Assembly (NCBI RefSeq): GCF_006345805.1
Contig: NW_021833659.1
Location: forward strand, 1-56,285
From: Octopus sinensis
Taxonomy: Eukaryota
Direction: 5' to 3'
Length of the DNA: 56,285 nucleotides
Positions 12,382-26,680 of the stretch are shown piece by piece (the stretch's first letter is position 1; every line of letters starts with the position of its first letter). Below the pieces are notes generated by a model that saw only the letters and a list, made by a program, of their open reading frames with translations, did not search any database and had not been told where the DNA came from. The translations under genes and the position numbers were made by a program.

Positions 12382-12649
12382 TTTCTTGCTAGGTAACCAA
12401 GTATCTCCTTTATATTAGCACACTTGTTTCTGTCCTCTTTCTTGTTAGCTCTCTCTCTCTCTTTCTGTCTCCGTCTTTCTCGCTCTCTCTCTCTCTCTCT
12501 CTCTCTGGCCAGTAACTCTGTACCTCCTTGATAACAAGACACCTGTTTCTGCCTCTCTGTCTCTCTGTCACACTCTTACCTTTCATTAGCTGACACAAGA
12601 TCTCCTCCTCCAATGCCCCCTCTCCTCTCAAAATTCCTTGTCTTACAAG

Positions 12650-12960
12650 TTACTTGACGACGCTGCCGGTGCTGGTGCCACATAAAAAGCATCCAGTCTG
12701 CACTGTAAAGTAGTTGGCATTTGGAAGGGCACCCTGCTGTAAAAATCATGTCAAAATTAACCTCGCCTGGACTGGTATCACATACAAAGCATTCAGTCCA
12801 CTCTGTGGAGTGGTTGGTGTTAGGAAGGGCATCCAACCATAAAAATTCTGACAGAACAGACAGAGTAGCCTAGGATAGGCTTCTACCTGACTGTCTCTTG
12901 TCAAACCATCCAACCCATGCCTGCATGGAAGGTGGATGTTAAATGATGATGATGATGATG
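12650..12960 (+). mobile_element. RTE/SINE shared 3' tail (partly duplicated) with (ATG)n end
   Basis: gtgccacataaaaagca...ggtgttaggaagggcatcc...aaatgatgatgatg. Confidence 0.7.
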
Positions 12961-13699
12961 CAAGACATAGCTTCCAGTCATGAATGACTATGGAATTGCA
13001 CCTAGAAAGTCACTCTCCAAGGCACAAGTCCTGACAGGGTTGTTTATGAAAGACCAACAGTTGCCCAACCATACCAGCCTCCCATCTCCATGCCACTGAT
13101 ATTAACCAAGGGAAAAGCAAAGGCCAATACAGCTTGGCACCAGTTACATCACAACACATTTCTATAGCTGAGTGAATTGAAGCAACATAAAATAAAGTAT
13201 TTTTCTCAAGAACACAGCACATAGTCTGGTCTGGGAATCAAACTCACAATCTTATGATTGTGAGCCTGACATTCTAACCACTGAGCTATTCACCTTCACC
13301 ATAGCTTCCAGTTACAACAAGAATAATTTCTAAGAAAGTCTCAAGAAAGATTCACAAAGCAGATTCGTCAAGCAGAGCCAACCAGTAGGAGACCTGGGGG
13401 TAAACCAAGAATAAGATAGTTAGATATTATCTATAGTCTCAGTTGGTCACTTTAGTGATGGTCCCAACATTCACATTAAATGTAGAGATCAACCACAGAA
13501 CCTTTCTAATTCTAGTTTTGTGAGGTCTTCCAGGGTCATTTAACTATTTAAACCAATTTCAGTTTTAGTTGTGTTTATAAGCCTACATTTAGAGTCTTCC
13601 TAAAACTAGTTTTGTGATCCTTAAGGGTAAAATTCAAATACTACTTTCTCCGACTTGTTTTGCACCTATGTGCTCATAAGTGTGGGTAAATATATATAT

Positions 13700-13898
13700 A
13701 AATATCTCTTTCACTTGTTTCAGTAACTGAACGGTGATCATGCTGGGGTACTGCTTTGGAAGGTTTAGTCAAAAAAATTGTCCTCAGTACTTATTTTTTA
13801 AAGTCTGCTGCTTATTCAACCAGTCTCTTTTGCCAAACTGCTAGGTAAGGAAAACATCAACAAATCAATACCAGCAGTCAAGAAGTGATGGGTGACAA

Positions 13899-13959
<61 letters not shown>

Positions 13960-14075
13960 TTCCATCTATTAAATTCACTCATAAGGCTTTGGTGACCTGA
14001 GGTTATAGAAGACATTTTCCCAAGGTGCCATGCAGTGGAATTGAATTCAAAACTATGTGGTTGGGAAGCAAGCTT
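13700..14075 (-). mobile_element. SINE family 1
   Basis: Reverse complement of the 4168-4520 element, with internal (CA)n. Confidence 0.7.
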
Positions 14076-14169
14076 CTTACCATACAATCATGTCTACACC
14101 TATATGTGTATGTGATACATATACATATAATACACACATATTTATACATGCACACGCATGTGCATTCAA

Positions 14170-14850
14170 ATTGCCCATGGACATTGGAAAAAAAGATAAT
14201 CCTATATGTAATATAGATCGTAGTTCCTCAAGAGCAAGACTTTTTTGTGAATGCAGTCTTTTTATTTGGGATGAGGCTACAATGAGTAATAATGCCATGT
14301 TTGAGGCTCTTGACAGAACCCTCCAAGATTTGCGTCACAATACAAGAATAATGGGTGGAGCTACGTTTCTCATGGCAGGAGATTTTTGACAAACTCTTCC
14401 TGTTATCCGAGCAGGCACTCGAGCCGATGAGGTTAATGCATGTATAAAGCATTCTTATGTGTGACACAGTGTAATCAGTCGCCATCTTGAAACCAACATG
14501 AGAGTCCACCTACGTGGTGATGTGGAGTCTGAGGCTTTCGCAAAACAGCTATTAGATCTTGGTGATGGAGTTTTGCCTTTGGTTGATGATGAGCATATTC
14601 GGTTGCCTTTTGCGAATTTCGTTCCAAATGTAGAAGAACTTATAAGAGCCGTTTTACCTGACGTCGAAACCAACTTCCAGGATCTCCATTGGCTAAGAGC
14701 AAGAGCTATTCTATCGCCTCATAATACAACAGCTGATGCTACTAATAAACAAGTGCTTGATATGATTCCTGGTGAGATAGTTTCTTTCATGTCCATCGAT
14801 ACAAATAAAGATGAGAATGATGCAGTCAAATATCCACCCGGACGTTTGTC
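14170..14850 (+). pseudogene. Helitron Rep/Hel PIF1-like helicase fragment
   Basis: FIWDEATM, ALDRTLQDL, GGATFLMAGDF*QTLPV, HLETNMRVHL and RAILSPHN are PIF1 helicase motifs; in-frame stops present. Confidence 0.88.
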
Positions 14851-15410
14851 TTTTTTTTTTTTAGAAACAAACGCATTGCCTCTTTCGTTTTAAAACAATA
14901 AAACAATGCTACATTAATACATTGGTCCAACAAACAAAACATGACCCACTCTCATTCTTTTATGTATCTGTCTTCCTCCATCACTCACTCTCTTTTCTCC
15001 CTTCCTTTCACATTCTATCTATAACGTCGTTTCACAGCATCTACCTCCCTTACCTTCACTTTCTCTTTAAAACGTCGTTTCACAGCGTCCATTATCCCCC
15101 CTCCCTGCCTTCGACAGCGCTTTCACACACTCTCTCTCTCTCTATGTCTGTCTGCATTCATAGACAGAATTATCATCACCACCACCACCACACAATCATG
15201 AGAACAAATATTATGAATCAGATATTTATTGGGTTGATTTATATGTGTGTGTGTGTGTGTGTGTATCTATATATAAATATGTATATATAATGTATATATA
15301 CAAAGTGTATATATCTGTATTTATATATATATATATATATATATAATTTCTATACATTTATATATATACCACACTCTTACCCGCGCGTAGAGTGGGTCAC
15401 CTTCAGCTAG
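14170..15410 (+). mobile_element. Internally deleted Helitron with intact 3' end
   Basis: Helicase fragment followed by hairpin CCCGCGCGTAGAGTGGG and CTAG|T at 15407-15411. The 5' boundary is approximate. Confidence 0.7.
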
Positions 15411-15479
15411 TATAGAGATAAATATATATATAATACACACACACATATATATACATGTATGTATATGTGCATATTCATA

Positions 15480-17128
15480 TCTATTATATCAAAGTCAATG
15501 TCTTTATGTGTCTTCATGTGTTACTTATACATTTGAAAACTACTGCACCAATGATAATGAAATTTGGAACACAAAATCCAAGCCTAAGGAGAAGGATAAT
15601 GCTGTGTGTTTCATACAATTTCATGGACCAAAATTACTAAATGGATCTTTATGATATTTGAAATTTATATTCAATGCATAAGGGTGCAATATGTTTGGTT
15701 TGAATTTCAGATGGCTTAAAGGGAGCAGAACCCCCATGAAAATTCATAAATTTTCGATGTTGATGAAATTTCAACCATAGGTATTCTCAACGTTTCCACT
15801 TTGCATGACAATTCTAAGACACCCTAATGGGGGCCTTAACTCTCAAATTTTAGTCATTTCTTTTATGATCCAAAACTAGGTCAAAAGTACTAAATGGATC
15901 TTTACAAAATTTTGAAATTATATTCTATGCATAAGGGCCATAACCCCCATGACAATTCATATATCTTTGCTTTTGATGAAATTTTAACCATAGATATTAG
16001 ATACAAATGAAGTAATATTTCTAAAATTTCATCTTCTTACAAGTTATAAAAACCCCTTCATATGGACTTAAAACCCACAATTTCGTCATTTTATCTAAGG
16101 AAAGACGAATACAGTTGTACTCTTGGAAGCTGTAGGGTCACCCGAGCATAAAAGATGAGCATTATTAGTAATTCAATGGTACAACAGTGTAACACTTTGC
16201 TTTGACATACACTTACATTGTGATTTCTGCAATGTGCTGCATAAATTGTCAAGTAAATAAGAGGCATCTTTGTCTCCACTGATTCAGTTGCAAAATGTTG
16301 AGTAAAGTTATTTGATTGCAGACCTCCTTTCAGTCTTTTTATTATCAATGGGTCACACATAGTCTCCAGATGGTAACATTAATTTCAAGGCCTTCCCAGA
16401 TGAGTGACTGGTTATTCAAAGACATTTATAGATTGTAAATTTATTCTGTCCAGTTACGTAATAGTATATTGGTCATTTGCAAACTCCAGAGGTGACACTT
16501 TCATTTCTCCTTATCCCTCATGTCATGCAGTTGTTAATGTTTCTTTCAGTTGGGTCACGCCCTTCCAATTGCTATAGATTCATAATGCATCTTAAGGCTA
16601 TGCCTGTCACCTGGATGGTGAGGGATGCTACATTGGGAGTGGTAATGACTAGGGTAGGGCAGCTGACTGCTTATTGTGATCATTCATTTCCTGTAGCTTT
16701 GCTCTCTTTTACAAACCCAATGAACATATATTTCCTATTTCAAAGAAATTCAAACAATAGATATAAGACCCAAGTTAAAAAGATTCTCAACAATTCAACT
16801 TCTCTGCTTGACATTAAGACACCCACCCCCAATAGGGGCCTTAACTCTCACATTTTAGAGCTCCATGACCTCCATTTTTCAGGAGTAAAATCCTTTCAAC
16901 AGGTTCTATAAGATTGGAATTTTGGAATATGCACATAAAAATCAATAGTATGGGATACATGTGGCACGATTACAATTTTTTTAGGGTGTGTAAAGAGGGA
17001 AATAACCCTCATCTGCAATTTTGATGAAATTGGAAACATGGGTATTCCAGTTCATTACAGAAAATATAACATAAAAGTCTAATTCTTCAGTTGCGTCTAA
17101 CACAGGCAATGCCAGGTATCTCTGCTAG
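15480..17128 (+). mobile_element. Non-autonomous Helitron-like element with duplicated internal modules
   Basis: A|TCTATTATATC 5' end; caggcaatgccagg hairpin remnant and CTAG|T 3' end; internal motifs ttgatgaaatt and ggggccttaactctc are repeated. Confidence 0.65.
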
Positions 17129-17419
17129 TTTATTATAATAAGTGGCGTCAAATCAGGGTTGAAAGAATGACAACCCAGTACAGTACAGTATTAAATATGC
17201 TAAGACAATCCGAAAGCAATAGAAACTTTTAAACGTTTGCCAATTTTTATGAAATTTTGGGGTTAAAGAACATGAGTTAATGGAAGCTAAATGTAACAGA
17301 AGTTAATTAGTCCAATAATGATTTTCAAAGTTAATTTAAAAGTTATACCGTTAACAAAAATGTTAACTTCGTTAATAAACGATTACCAAATTAACAGACT
17401 TACACCCAGCTCTGTTAAA

Positions 17420-17454
<35 letters not shown>

Positions 17455-17456
<2 letters not shown>

Positions 17457-17610
17457 CTGAAGTAGAGTGGTACAATTGCTTCATGCTACTTCATTTTATT
17501 AAACACTGTAAGTATTACATCAGTTTTAAAATGTTGAGCAATCACTGTAATAGTTACAATGTTTAATAAAATGAAGTAACATGAAACAATTTTACCACTC
17601 TACCTCAGAT
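17455..17610. repeat. Imperfect foldback with ~55-bp arms
   Basis: atctgaagtagagtggtacaattgcttcatgctacttcattttattaaaca versus tgtttaataaaatgaagtaacatgaaacaattttaccactctacctcagat. Confidence 0.8.
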
Positions 17611-17729
17611 ATACTTGTTGCTTGTTTTAATTATAATCACCCTATTGATTTATATGGATAATACCATACAAAATTCTGGTGCCTTTGACTTAAGTACCAT
17701 ATTCATCTGAATCTAAATTTTGCTGAACT

Positions 17730-17766
<37 letters not shown>

Positions 17767-17976
17767 ACACACACTTATGGGAGCAAATGACTTCAAAGAC
17801 TCATGTTGCTGTTCAATGCTCGAAATGAGTAGAAAGACAACCAACAACTGATGAAGGGTCGTTCTTAGTGTTACTTGTCCTGTTTTCCATTCGTTTCTCT
17901 TGTTTACATATTGAACACATTTGTTTTCATATTTCATGTTGCTTACTGTTGGTGATGTCCTGTGCCCATATGTGCA

Positions 17977-18929
<953 letters not shown>

Positions 18930-18945
18930 CATATATATATATATA

Positions 18946-20203
18946 AAACGCCTTCAGGTAGATGGCCCTGCTCGATCTGTAGAAAAGGTGTAGGTAGAAA
19001 CTCTATAAGATGCACCAAGTGTAAGCTATGGACACATAAGAGGTGCAGCAATGTCATAGGAAGGCTAACTAGGAAGATGGTTTTTGTATGTGGCAGATGC
19101 TCGGGCGCATTAACCTCTGAAAATCTGCAGAAAACAACTTCCGTCACTTTCCAGGGGGAAAAACTAGAAGTAGTTGATAGCTTCCGTTATCTTGGTGACC
19201 AAGTCAGTAGTGGGGGTGGGTGTGCTGAAAGTGTAACGGCTCTAGTAAGAATAGCCTGGGCAAAGTTTAGTTGGTGACTAAAGGCCTCTCGCTCAGAGTA
19301 AAAGGCAGACTGTATGATGCATGTGTACGAACAGCCATGCTACATGGCAGTGAAACATGGGCCGTGACTGCTGAGGACATGCGTAAGCTCGCGAGAAATG
19401 AAGCTAGTATGCTCCGTTGGATGTGTAATGTCAGTGTTCATAGTCGACAGAATGTAAGTACCTTGAGAGAAAAGTTGGACCTAAGAGGCATCAGATGTTG
19501 TGTGCAAGAGAGACGATTGCGCTGGTATGGTCATGTGGCGAGAATGGATGAAGATGGGTGTGTGAAAAAGTGCCACACCCTGGCAGTTGAGGGGACCTGT
19601 GGAAGAGGTAGACCCAGGAAAACCTAGGTCGAGGTGGTGAAGCACGACCTTCGAACTCTAGGTCTCACCAAGGAAATGACCAGAGACCGAGACCTATGGA
19701 AGTATGCTGTGCGTGAGAAGACCCGGCAAGACCAGTGAGAACAATCAAAATCAAATCATATATCAGAAAGCAGGGGTTAAGTGACCCATCTGTTCGTGTC
19801 CACTGTCAGCCTCGTCTGGCACCCGTGTCGGTGATACGTAAAAGCACCATTCGCTCGTGGCCGTTTGCCAGCTCTGTCTGGCCCCCGTGTCGGTGGCACG
19901 TAAAAGCACCATCCGTTCGTGTTCGTTGCCAGCCTCGCCTGGCCCCCGTGCCGGTGACATGTAAAAGCACCGTCCGTTCGTGGCCGTTTGCCAGCTCTGT
20001 CTGGCACCTGTGCAGGTGGCACGTAAAAAGCACCCACTACACTCGCGGAGTGGTTGGCGTTAGGAAGGGCATCCAGCCGTAGAAACACTGCCAGATCTGA
20101 CTGGGCCTGACGAAGCCTTCCAGCTTCACAGACCCCAGTTGACCCGTCCAACCCATGCTAGCATGGAAAGCGGACGCTAAATGATGATGATGATGATGAT
20201 GAT
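18946..20203 (+). mobile_element. RTE LINE copy 2, heavily 5'-truncated, near-identical to copy 1
   Basis: Starts at aaacgccttcagg next to (TA)n; 16-bp deletion at ~19271; stop at 19625-19627; only 4 array units (19837, 19899, 19960, 20022); (ATG)n tail. Confidence 0.95.
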
Positions 20204-20236
20204 AAACAAGAAAAAAGCTACAAAAATGGATCGATA

Positions 20237-20326
20237 TTTCGGTACAATTGTTTCATATGAAGACCACCTTTATTAAAGCTGCAAATATTGCAGCAAATAC
20301 ACGTGATCCGTACTCATCAGCCGAAA
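20237..20326 (-). ncRNA. Type I hammerhead ribozyme motif (Penelope-type)
   Basis: Minus strand: UUUCGG-CUGAUGA-GUA...UAU-GAAA-CAAUUG-UA-CCGAAA. Stem I is 6 bp, stem III is palindromic, cleavage triplet GUA. Confidence 0.7.
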
Positions 20327-21434
20327 AAACATCTGAGTTCTCAAAACATCTAAGGGGGTGAGGCTACACTCATGAAACATTCGGGATAGTTCTATAAAAA
20401 TCAGATTTAGATAATAAACGGACTTCCAAAGATCTTTAATGTTGCACAGTCAAATAACAGGCTTTAAAAAAGTATTTTTAAAAACCTCTTAGTTTCACAG
20501 AAATTGAAAATGTAAATCCATCCATAATAATGAAGTATGTTTGAATTCTGGAGATATGAGGAGAGATTTCATACTCACAGACGATGTATTTATCCATAAT
20601 TAGTTCATAATAAAGTGGGTTTCCTGATGTATGATGGTATGCTGGTTGCATTTGTGATCATTTCTCAAAACTGCTATGTTAGAATTTGTTGAAGGAAATT
20701 TAGTGGAGCATATAGACAATCACTCACAAAGGGTATAAAGGGTTAACTGAGAAGAAATGGGGTTGTAAATATCCACCTACGCAGAATAGTTTATCTCAGT
20801 GGAGACAAGCTGACTGGGTCAGAATTTATAAGAATCTAAGAGTTTTAAAAAAAGGAAAGCTAATCTTGACCAGTATTCCGTTGTTAATTGCTATATAAAG
20901 AGGACACAGGAAGGTAAAGGCGGGTCAAAAGGTTATCACTATATGAAGAAGTATTAGCAGATTTCAGTGCAACACTAGAAAGGAGGTCATTCAATTTATT
21001 TCTTTATTTATTAATGTTACTACTTATACATTGGCAGACTTTGGGACTGCATTTAGGGGTCAAAAGAAAGAATTGGGAGTATTGTTTTTCATAATGAAAA
21101 ATCGTTATATTATTTCTATGGGATTAGCTTTAATTTACTTATAGTATATAAAAGAATTACGAAGTTTTATTAACTTATTTGCTTTAAGATGGTTTACCTA
21201 AATTAGAAAAAATTTAGATTAAATTAATTTAAATTATCTATATAGTCTATTAGAATGAAAGTTTTTTAGCAACTGATTTATTTCTTTATGTTCAAAATCT
21301 GGTACATTTAAAGAGAAAATAACCATAGCTTATGAGCTTGCAGCTATCTATTTAAAATAAATATATAAGAGTATTGCTATATTATTATAATAAGCAAGAT
21401 AGACAAATCACCAAATGGTTTTTATATACGGTTG

Positions 21435-22240
21435 TCATTTAAAATATTTTAGAGTCTTAACTCTAGCATGAATACAAGAGAGACCCAATTCTATATGGTT
21501 ATTCAATAAGTAATCATTTCTTCTGTGCATTAGTATTTCAAATGTTTCCATGGAGCAAAGTTGGCAACCAACTCTGTTATTTTTATAAGGCATCGCTCTT
21601 CTAACTAATTCCCAATTAAGGTTATATTTAATATTATTGTTTTTGAGTTCCCAGATCTTACTTGAAAGTGTGGTGCTATCAGCTTTATGACATAATTTGA
21701 AAGAAGAGAGATGGTTGCTAAGACGTTTTTTAAAATTTATAGTACACCCTAAATAAATAAATTTGTTATTCTCTGTAGCTATGGTACATTTATAGATTAC
21801 ATTATTTAACCCGCATAGACCAGGTGCCGGGCATTTTGATCTAATTCTACAGTTACACCTAGGGGGATCATTTTCCGATGTGGGATTACTCAAGGATAGA
21901 TGTCTCATATTCCTGCTATTCAAATCATTATTAGTATATTTTTCGCTATTATAGTTGATGCTGCTATTTAAAATAGTGTTATCGCTATCATAGTTAATGT
22001 CATTATCTAAAGCAGTATTATCATTTATCGGTCCTTCTACACTATCATTTAATTCTGTAGTCCTACCATAATTACTAACATTATTGATATTGCTACTATT
22101 ATTGCCAGTATTAGTTTCCAAATGTATACTGTTACTATAGATATCATTGTTGTCTTCATTCCCGGTATTTTCCCTATTGGTATTACTCCTATTATTAACA
22201 TAATTGTTCCTATTTGTATTATTATTATTATTACTATATG
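21435..22240 (-). CDS. Penelope-like GIY-YIG endonuclease preceded by an Asn-rich tract; no RT domain seen
   Basis: CNCRIRSKCPAPGLC, VIYKC...IYLGCTINFKKRLSNH, STTLSSKIWELK, CQLC and LNNHIELGLSCIH. Frame is open back to the microsatellite. Confidence 0.85.
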
Positions 22241-22260
22241 TATATGTATATATGTGTGTG

Positions 22261-22324
<64 letters not shown>

Positions 22325-23594
22325 CATACATACATATATATATATAAAAAATAATACAAAAAAGGACAACAAAACATCCAGACAATTAGATGATACAAAA
22401 AGGGACAAGAAAAAACAAGGATGGGTCATTCAGAGTTTTATTTTGTCAGTCAAGTTCCAGATTATCTTTTCAGTTTCAGCTGGTTACACTTGAGACTGCT
22501 CCAATCTGGCCAACTCCAAGGAAAATCTAAGCTAAGTGCACTAGATTCCTCAGAAGAAAGCAGTGAATGTATACGAAAACAAAGATGGAAAAAAAAACGG
22601 TACACAAATACAAATACAAGCAACAGGACATTAACAACAGCTGTCTTTCAACAAAGGACAAATTAAATTAAGCTGTTGTATGTGGAAGTGAATCCTTATG
22701 GCAGGGACATAAGAGATGACAGGCATGGGAAGGAATATAGATGTTGCACAGATGGTAGTTGAACCAAAAAAGAAAGGTCAGGTTTGGTCAAACACTGGTC
22801 ACGTGGAAGGAGAGGAGAGAGATAGAGGCAGAGGGATAGAAGAATTAGAGAGGGACGAGAAAAAAGAAAAGGGACAGAGTGAAGTGAAAGAGGAGGGAAG
22901 GTAAGAATGAAGGGAAGGCCAGGAAATGTGAGAGAGGGGGGGCGAAAGAAAGAAGAGTGGAAAGAACGAAGTAAGTGTGAAGGGACTGATAGAAAGAAAG
23001 AAAGAATGAAAGAATAAAAGAATAAGAGAGTCATACAAAATTCAGATATATGTGTGTGTACTTACATATAAAGAGACCAAAGTGTATATATAATGATATA
23101 TATATATTATTTATATCATTATTTGATTGAATGTCACACATCCATTTCCAAGTAAGTATATCTTAATCTTTTTGATGACTCTACTCTATACTGTTTTCGC
23201 CCCGTCATTTTCTCTAATTCCCATTTTCTCCCCTTCACCCTTTTCTGTCTGTTTCTCTCTCCCCCTCTTCCTCCTTTTCTCAATCTTGTTGCCCACACGT
23301 AACTATCGTCCATCTTTCTTTTCTTCATCTGATCATCTTTCTTTTCTTTCAGAACTGTCCTAAGGACTGGACGTATCCTATCTCTCTCTTCTATCTTTTC
23401 TCTTGTCAAAGAAAATATTTCTCCAGTGTTCGCTATTTTACCCTTGTTCTGGTCTTATGACCCTCCATGTTTGTTTCTGTTGGTTTCCTTGTATGTCTCC
23501 AGTGTCCTGTTTTTGTTCCCAACTTGTATTTCATGTTGTTTACTGTTGGTGACATCCTGAACCCATATATTTATGTGTGTATATATATATGTAT

Positions 23595-23625
<31 letters not shown>

Positions 23626-23741
23626 TATATATATATATAAATTCAGGGTGAGTACTTGATAATTGTAAGCACCTGTATATACCATTTGGTGGTATATATA
23701 TATATATTAATCAAAATAAAAACATGATGCCAAGAATTCAG

Positions 23742-23814
23742 CGGTACATATGTTTCGGGCCTTTATTAGACGGATTTTTAACAATGCATGTGTGTCTATG
23801 GTCTTCTTCAGCCG
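23742..23814 (-). ncRNA. Degenerate type I hammerhead motif in a Penelope-like terminal repeat
   Basis: Minus strand: CGG-CUGAAGA-AGACC...GGCCC-GAAA-CAUAUG-UA-CCG. Stem II is imperfect. Confidence 0.5.
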
Positions 23815-24759
23815 TGCACAATTACTACTTCAAGGACATGTATTACATCATAAATTCTACGTTGGGGATGCAAATCCTCTCAGTCGCGTACGACATAGTG
23901 GGGCACCAGCACAAAAATGAAGCGTCCATCCCGTCTTTCACTCAATGTAGAATGAGGAAGTTTGGCTGTTGAGGTAATATAAATAAATAAATAAATAAAT
24001 ACACGCAGACATGAAAGAACCTGGTAATAAAAATAAATAGGGATAAAGATAGAGGGGCAAGAATTAAGGACGAAAGATAAAAAAATATAAATATAGAAAT
24101 ATAAAAATATAAAAAAATATAAATATAGAAATATAAAAATATAAAGAAATATAAAAAATATAAAAGAATATAAAAATATAAAAAAATATAAAAAAATATA
24201 AAAGGATATAAAAATATAAAAGAATATAAGGATAAGGGAGATAAAGTGGTTACGAACTAACTTGGTGGTCAGAAAGATGACATATTCCGGTTGTAGAAGC
24301 CTAAGCGGCGGGTGTCATAAATCAACTGGAACGTCTGGGGACCCAGTATATGGTAGATTAGGGTTGTCTGGTTTGTGGTTAAACCGCTTATCTATTTCCT
24401 CGTAAATTGTCTAGTGGTCAACATGTACATACGTACACGCATGGATATATATACACATATACACGCATACATATACGCACGCATACACATCCACACACAT
24501 ACATGCATACATATGTACTCTCGTGTAAAAATATACACATACATACGGGAAAAGGCGCATGTAGTTGGGTACACGAACTGACGTGCATACGTACGTATAT
24601 ACATACACGTACACGCGCACATACAGACACACTCGCACTCACACTCATTCACAAGACGAATTAAATCTCTATGCATATGGGCAAAAATATGCATACACCC
24701 ACACTCACGCCCACACCCACACACATGGGTTCGCTCTGCCCATGAAACTACATATATAT

Positions 24760-25665
24760 ATATATATAATGTGTGCATTATGTGGTCAGTTGTGCTGAAA
24801 ATATGCACACCTATGTTAAAAGTGCTAGCGAGTTTGCATGGCAACTATTTTTTTCCTCAAATGAAAGGCGTGACCTCTAGGACAAAATTCCTCATCTTAT
24901 GAAATGTGGCCCGAGTAGACCCAAATGAAATCGGCTTATATTAACCAAAATGTGAAAAGGGGTCTAAATGGGGCTGGAAGAGGATTAAAATTTCAAGGAG
25001 CCGGTGTTTAGGAATTCTCTGTTACATCAAGCTAAACAATTTGCGCCAGCCTTTAAATCGTCAATGTGTTGCCGTCCATGATGAAGAAGTTTTGAATGCT
25101 TGCCATGGTGAGTCTACTGTCGTGAGAAAGAATCACTTCAAAGCTTGGTGTTTAGGAATTTTCTTTTACATCAAGTTCAAAATCTTACGCCAGCCGTTAA
25201 ACTGCCGCTACGTTGCTGTCCGTCGTTAAGAAATGCCAGCCATGGTGACTCTACTATCCTGAGATTCTATCCCTTCAAACTTTGGTTTCCAATATTTTTT
25301 TTTTTTATTCAGCTCACAAGTTCGTCTGTCTCTTTTAAATGTTAGTGTTTTGCTGTCTGCCTTGAAGCAGACCTTTCCATTGTCACTGCCTGATATTTAT
25401 GATTGATCTTTCAAAATATTTTACTTTCTCAACTTACTCAAGATCTTTTGTTGTTTATAAATGGGAGAGAGATAGATAGAGAAAGATAGAGAGTAAGAGA
25501 AAGCTAGGGAGAGTCCGAGAGAAAGGAAGAGTAAGAGAGTGGGTAAGTGAGAGAGAAAAGAGAAAGAAACAAAGAGGGAGAATGTGGTGATAAAAAGCAG
25601 AAAGGAAGCAACAGAAAGTAACAACCACACTCTTACCCACGCGTAGAGCAGGCCACCTTTAGCTA

Positions 25666-25666
<1 letters not shown>
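24760..25666 (+). mobile_element. Non-autonomous Helitron of the same family as 14170-15410; 5' boundary uncertain
   Basis: 3' end cacactcttacccacgcgtagagcaggccacctttagCTAG|T matches 15369-15411. Confidence 0.6.
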
Positions 25667-25708
<42 letters not shown>

Positions 25709-26484
25709 TACATACAAAGATAAATTGATAAATACAACTGAGTGGGCAAACAAAAATATGAGACACAGCCTAGTCCTTTTTATTGTATGTTGATAAGCCT
25801 GGTACTTATTCTATTAGTTTCTTCTTGCGAAACCAGTAAGTTATGAGGATGTAAATAAATGAACAGCAGTTGTGAAGCAGTGATGAGGGCGAAACACAGA
25901 GACAAAGACACACACATACACTTACATAAATATATATATATATATATATATATTATATTAAATTAGAGATAAAACCACTATTAGGCAATTCAATTTGAAT
26001 TATTAATTGAATTTAAATTATTGTTATTCCACTTACATGAAACGATCGTAGTGTTTTACTCTTTATCTTTTATTAAACTTTTAATACTTTTGATATTTAT
26101 ATAATTAAAAAAAATTAAAAATTAAGAAAGGAAAAACAAACAAACAAATAAATAAATAAATTAATTAATTAATAAATAAAATAATATATAAATATAAAAA
26201 TATACATACATATATATATATATTTGTATATATATATTTAAATTATTTAAATAATTTTTTTAATTTTAACTTTTATATTTTAAAATTAATTTTATGTATT
26301 GGCTTATGTTTTTCACTGTTTGATTTGCCTAATAGTGGTTTTATCTCTAATTTATATAATATAATATAATATATTTATACTATAAAATTGGATCTAATCC
26401 TAAATCTAATTTTTCCCTGTAAGTTTGGATTTATTTCCTAATATTATTATTATATATAGATATATATATATATAAATATATATA

Positions 26485-26523
<39 letters not shown>

Positions 26524-26529
26524 TGATTT

Positions 26530-26680
26530 GTTTCAGTTTCTGTCTACAAAATCCATTGACAAGCATTTGGTTGGTCTGAGGCTATAGCAGAAGACACATG
26601 CCAAGTCACCACACAGTGGGACTGAACCCAGGACCATGTGTTTTGGAACCAAGTTTGTACCATACCTGCACCTATGTATG
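26530..26680 (-). mobile_element. SINE family 1, 5' half
   Basis: tttcagtttctgtctacaaaatcc...gtgggactgaacccaggaccatgtg. Confidence 0.65.

Noticed and set aside
17845-17900. CTGATGAAGGG motif in a common repeat tail
   Set aside because: No downstream paired stem II and GAAA.
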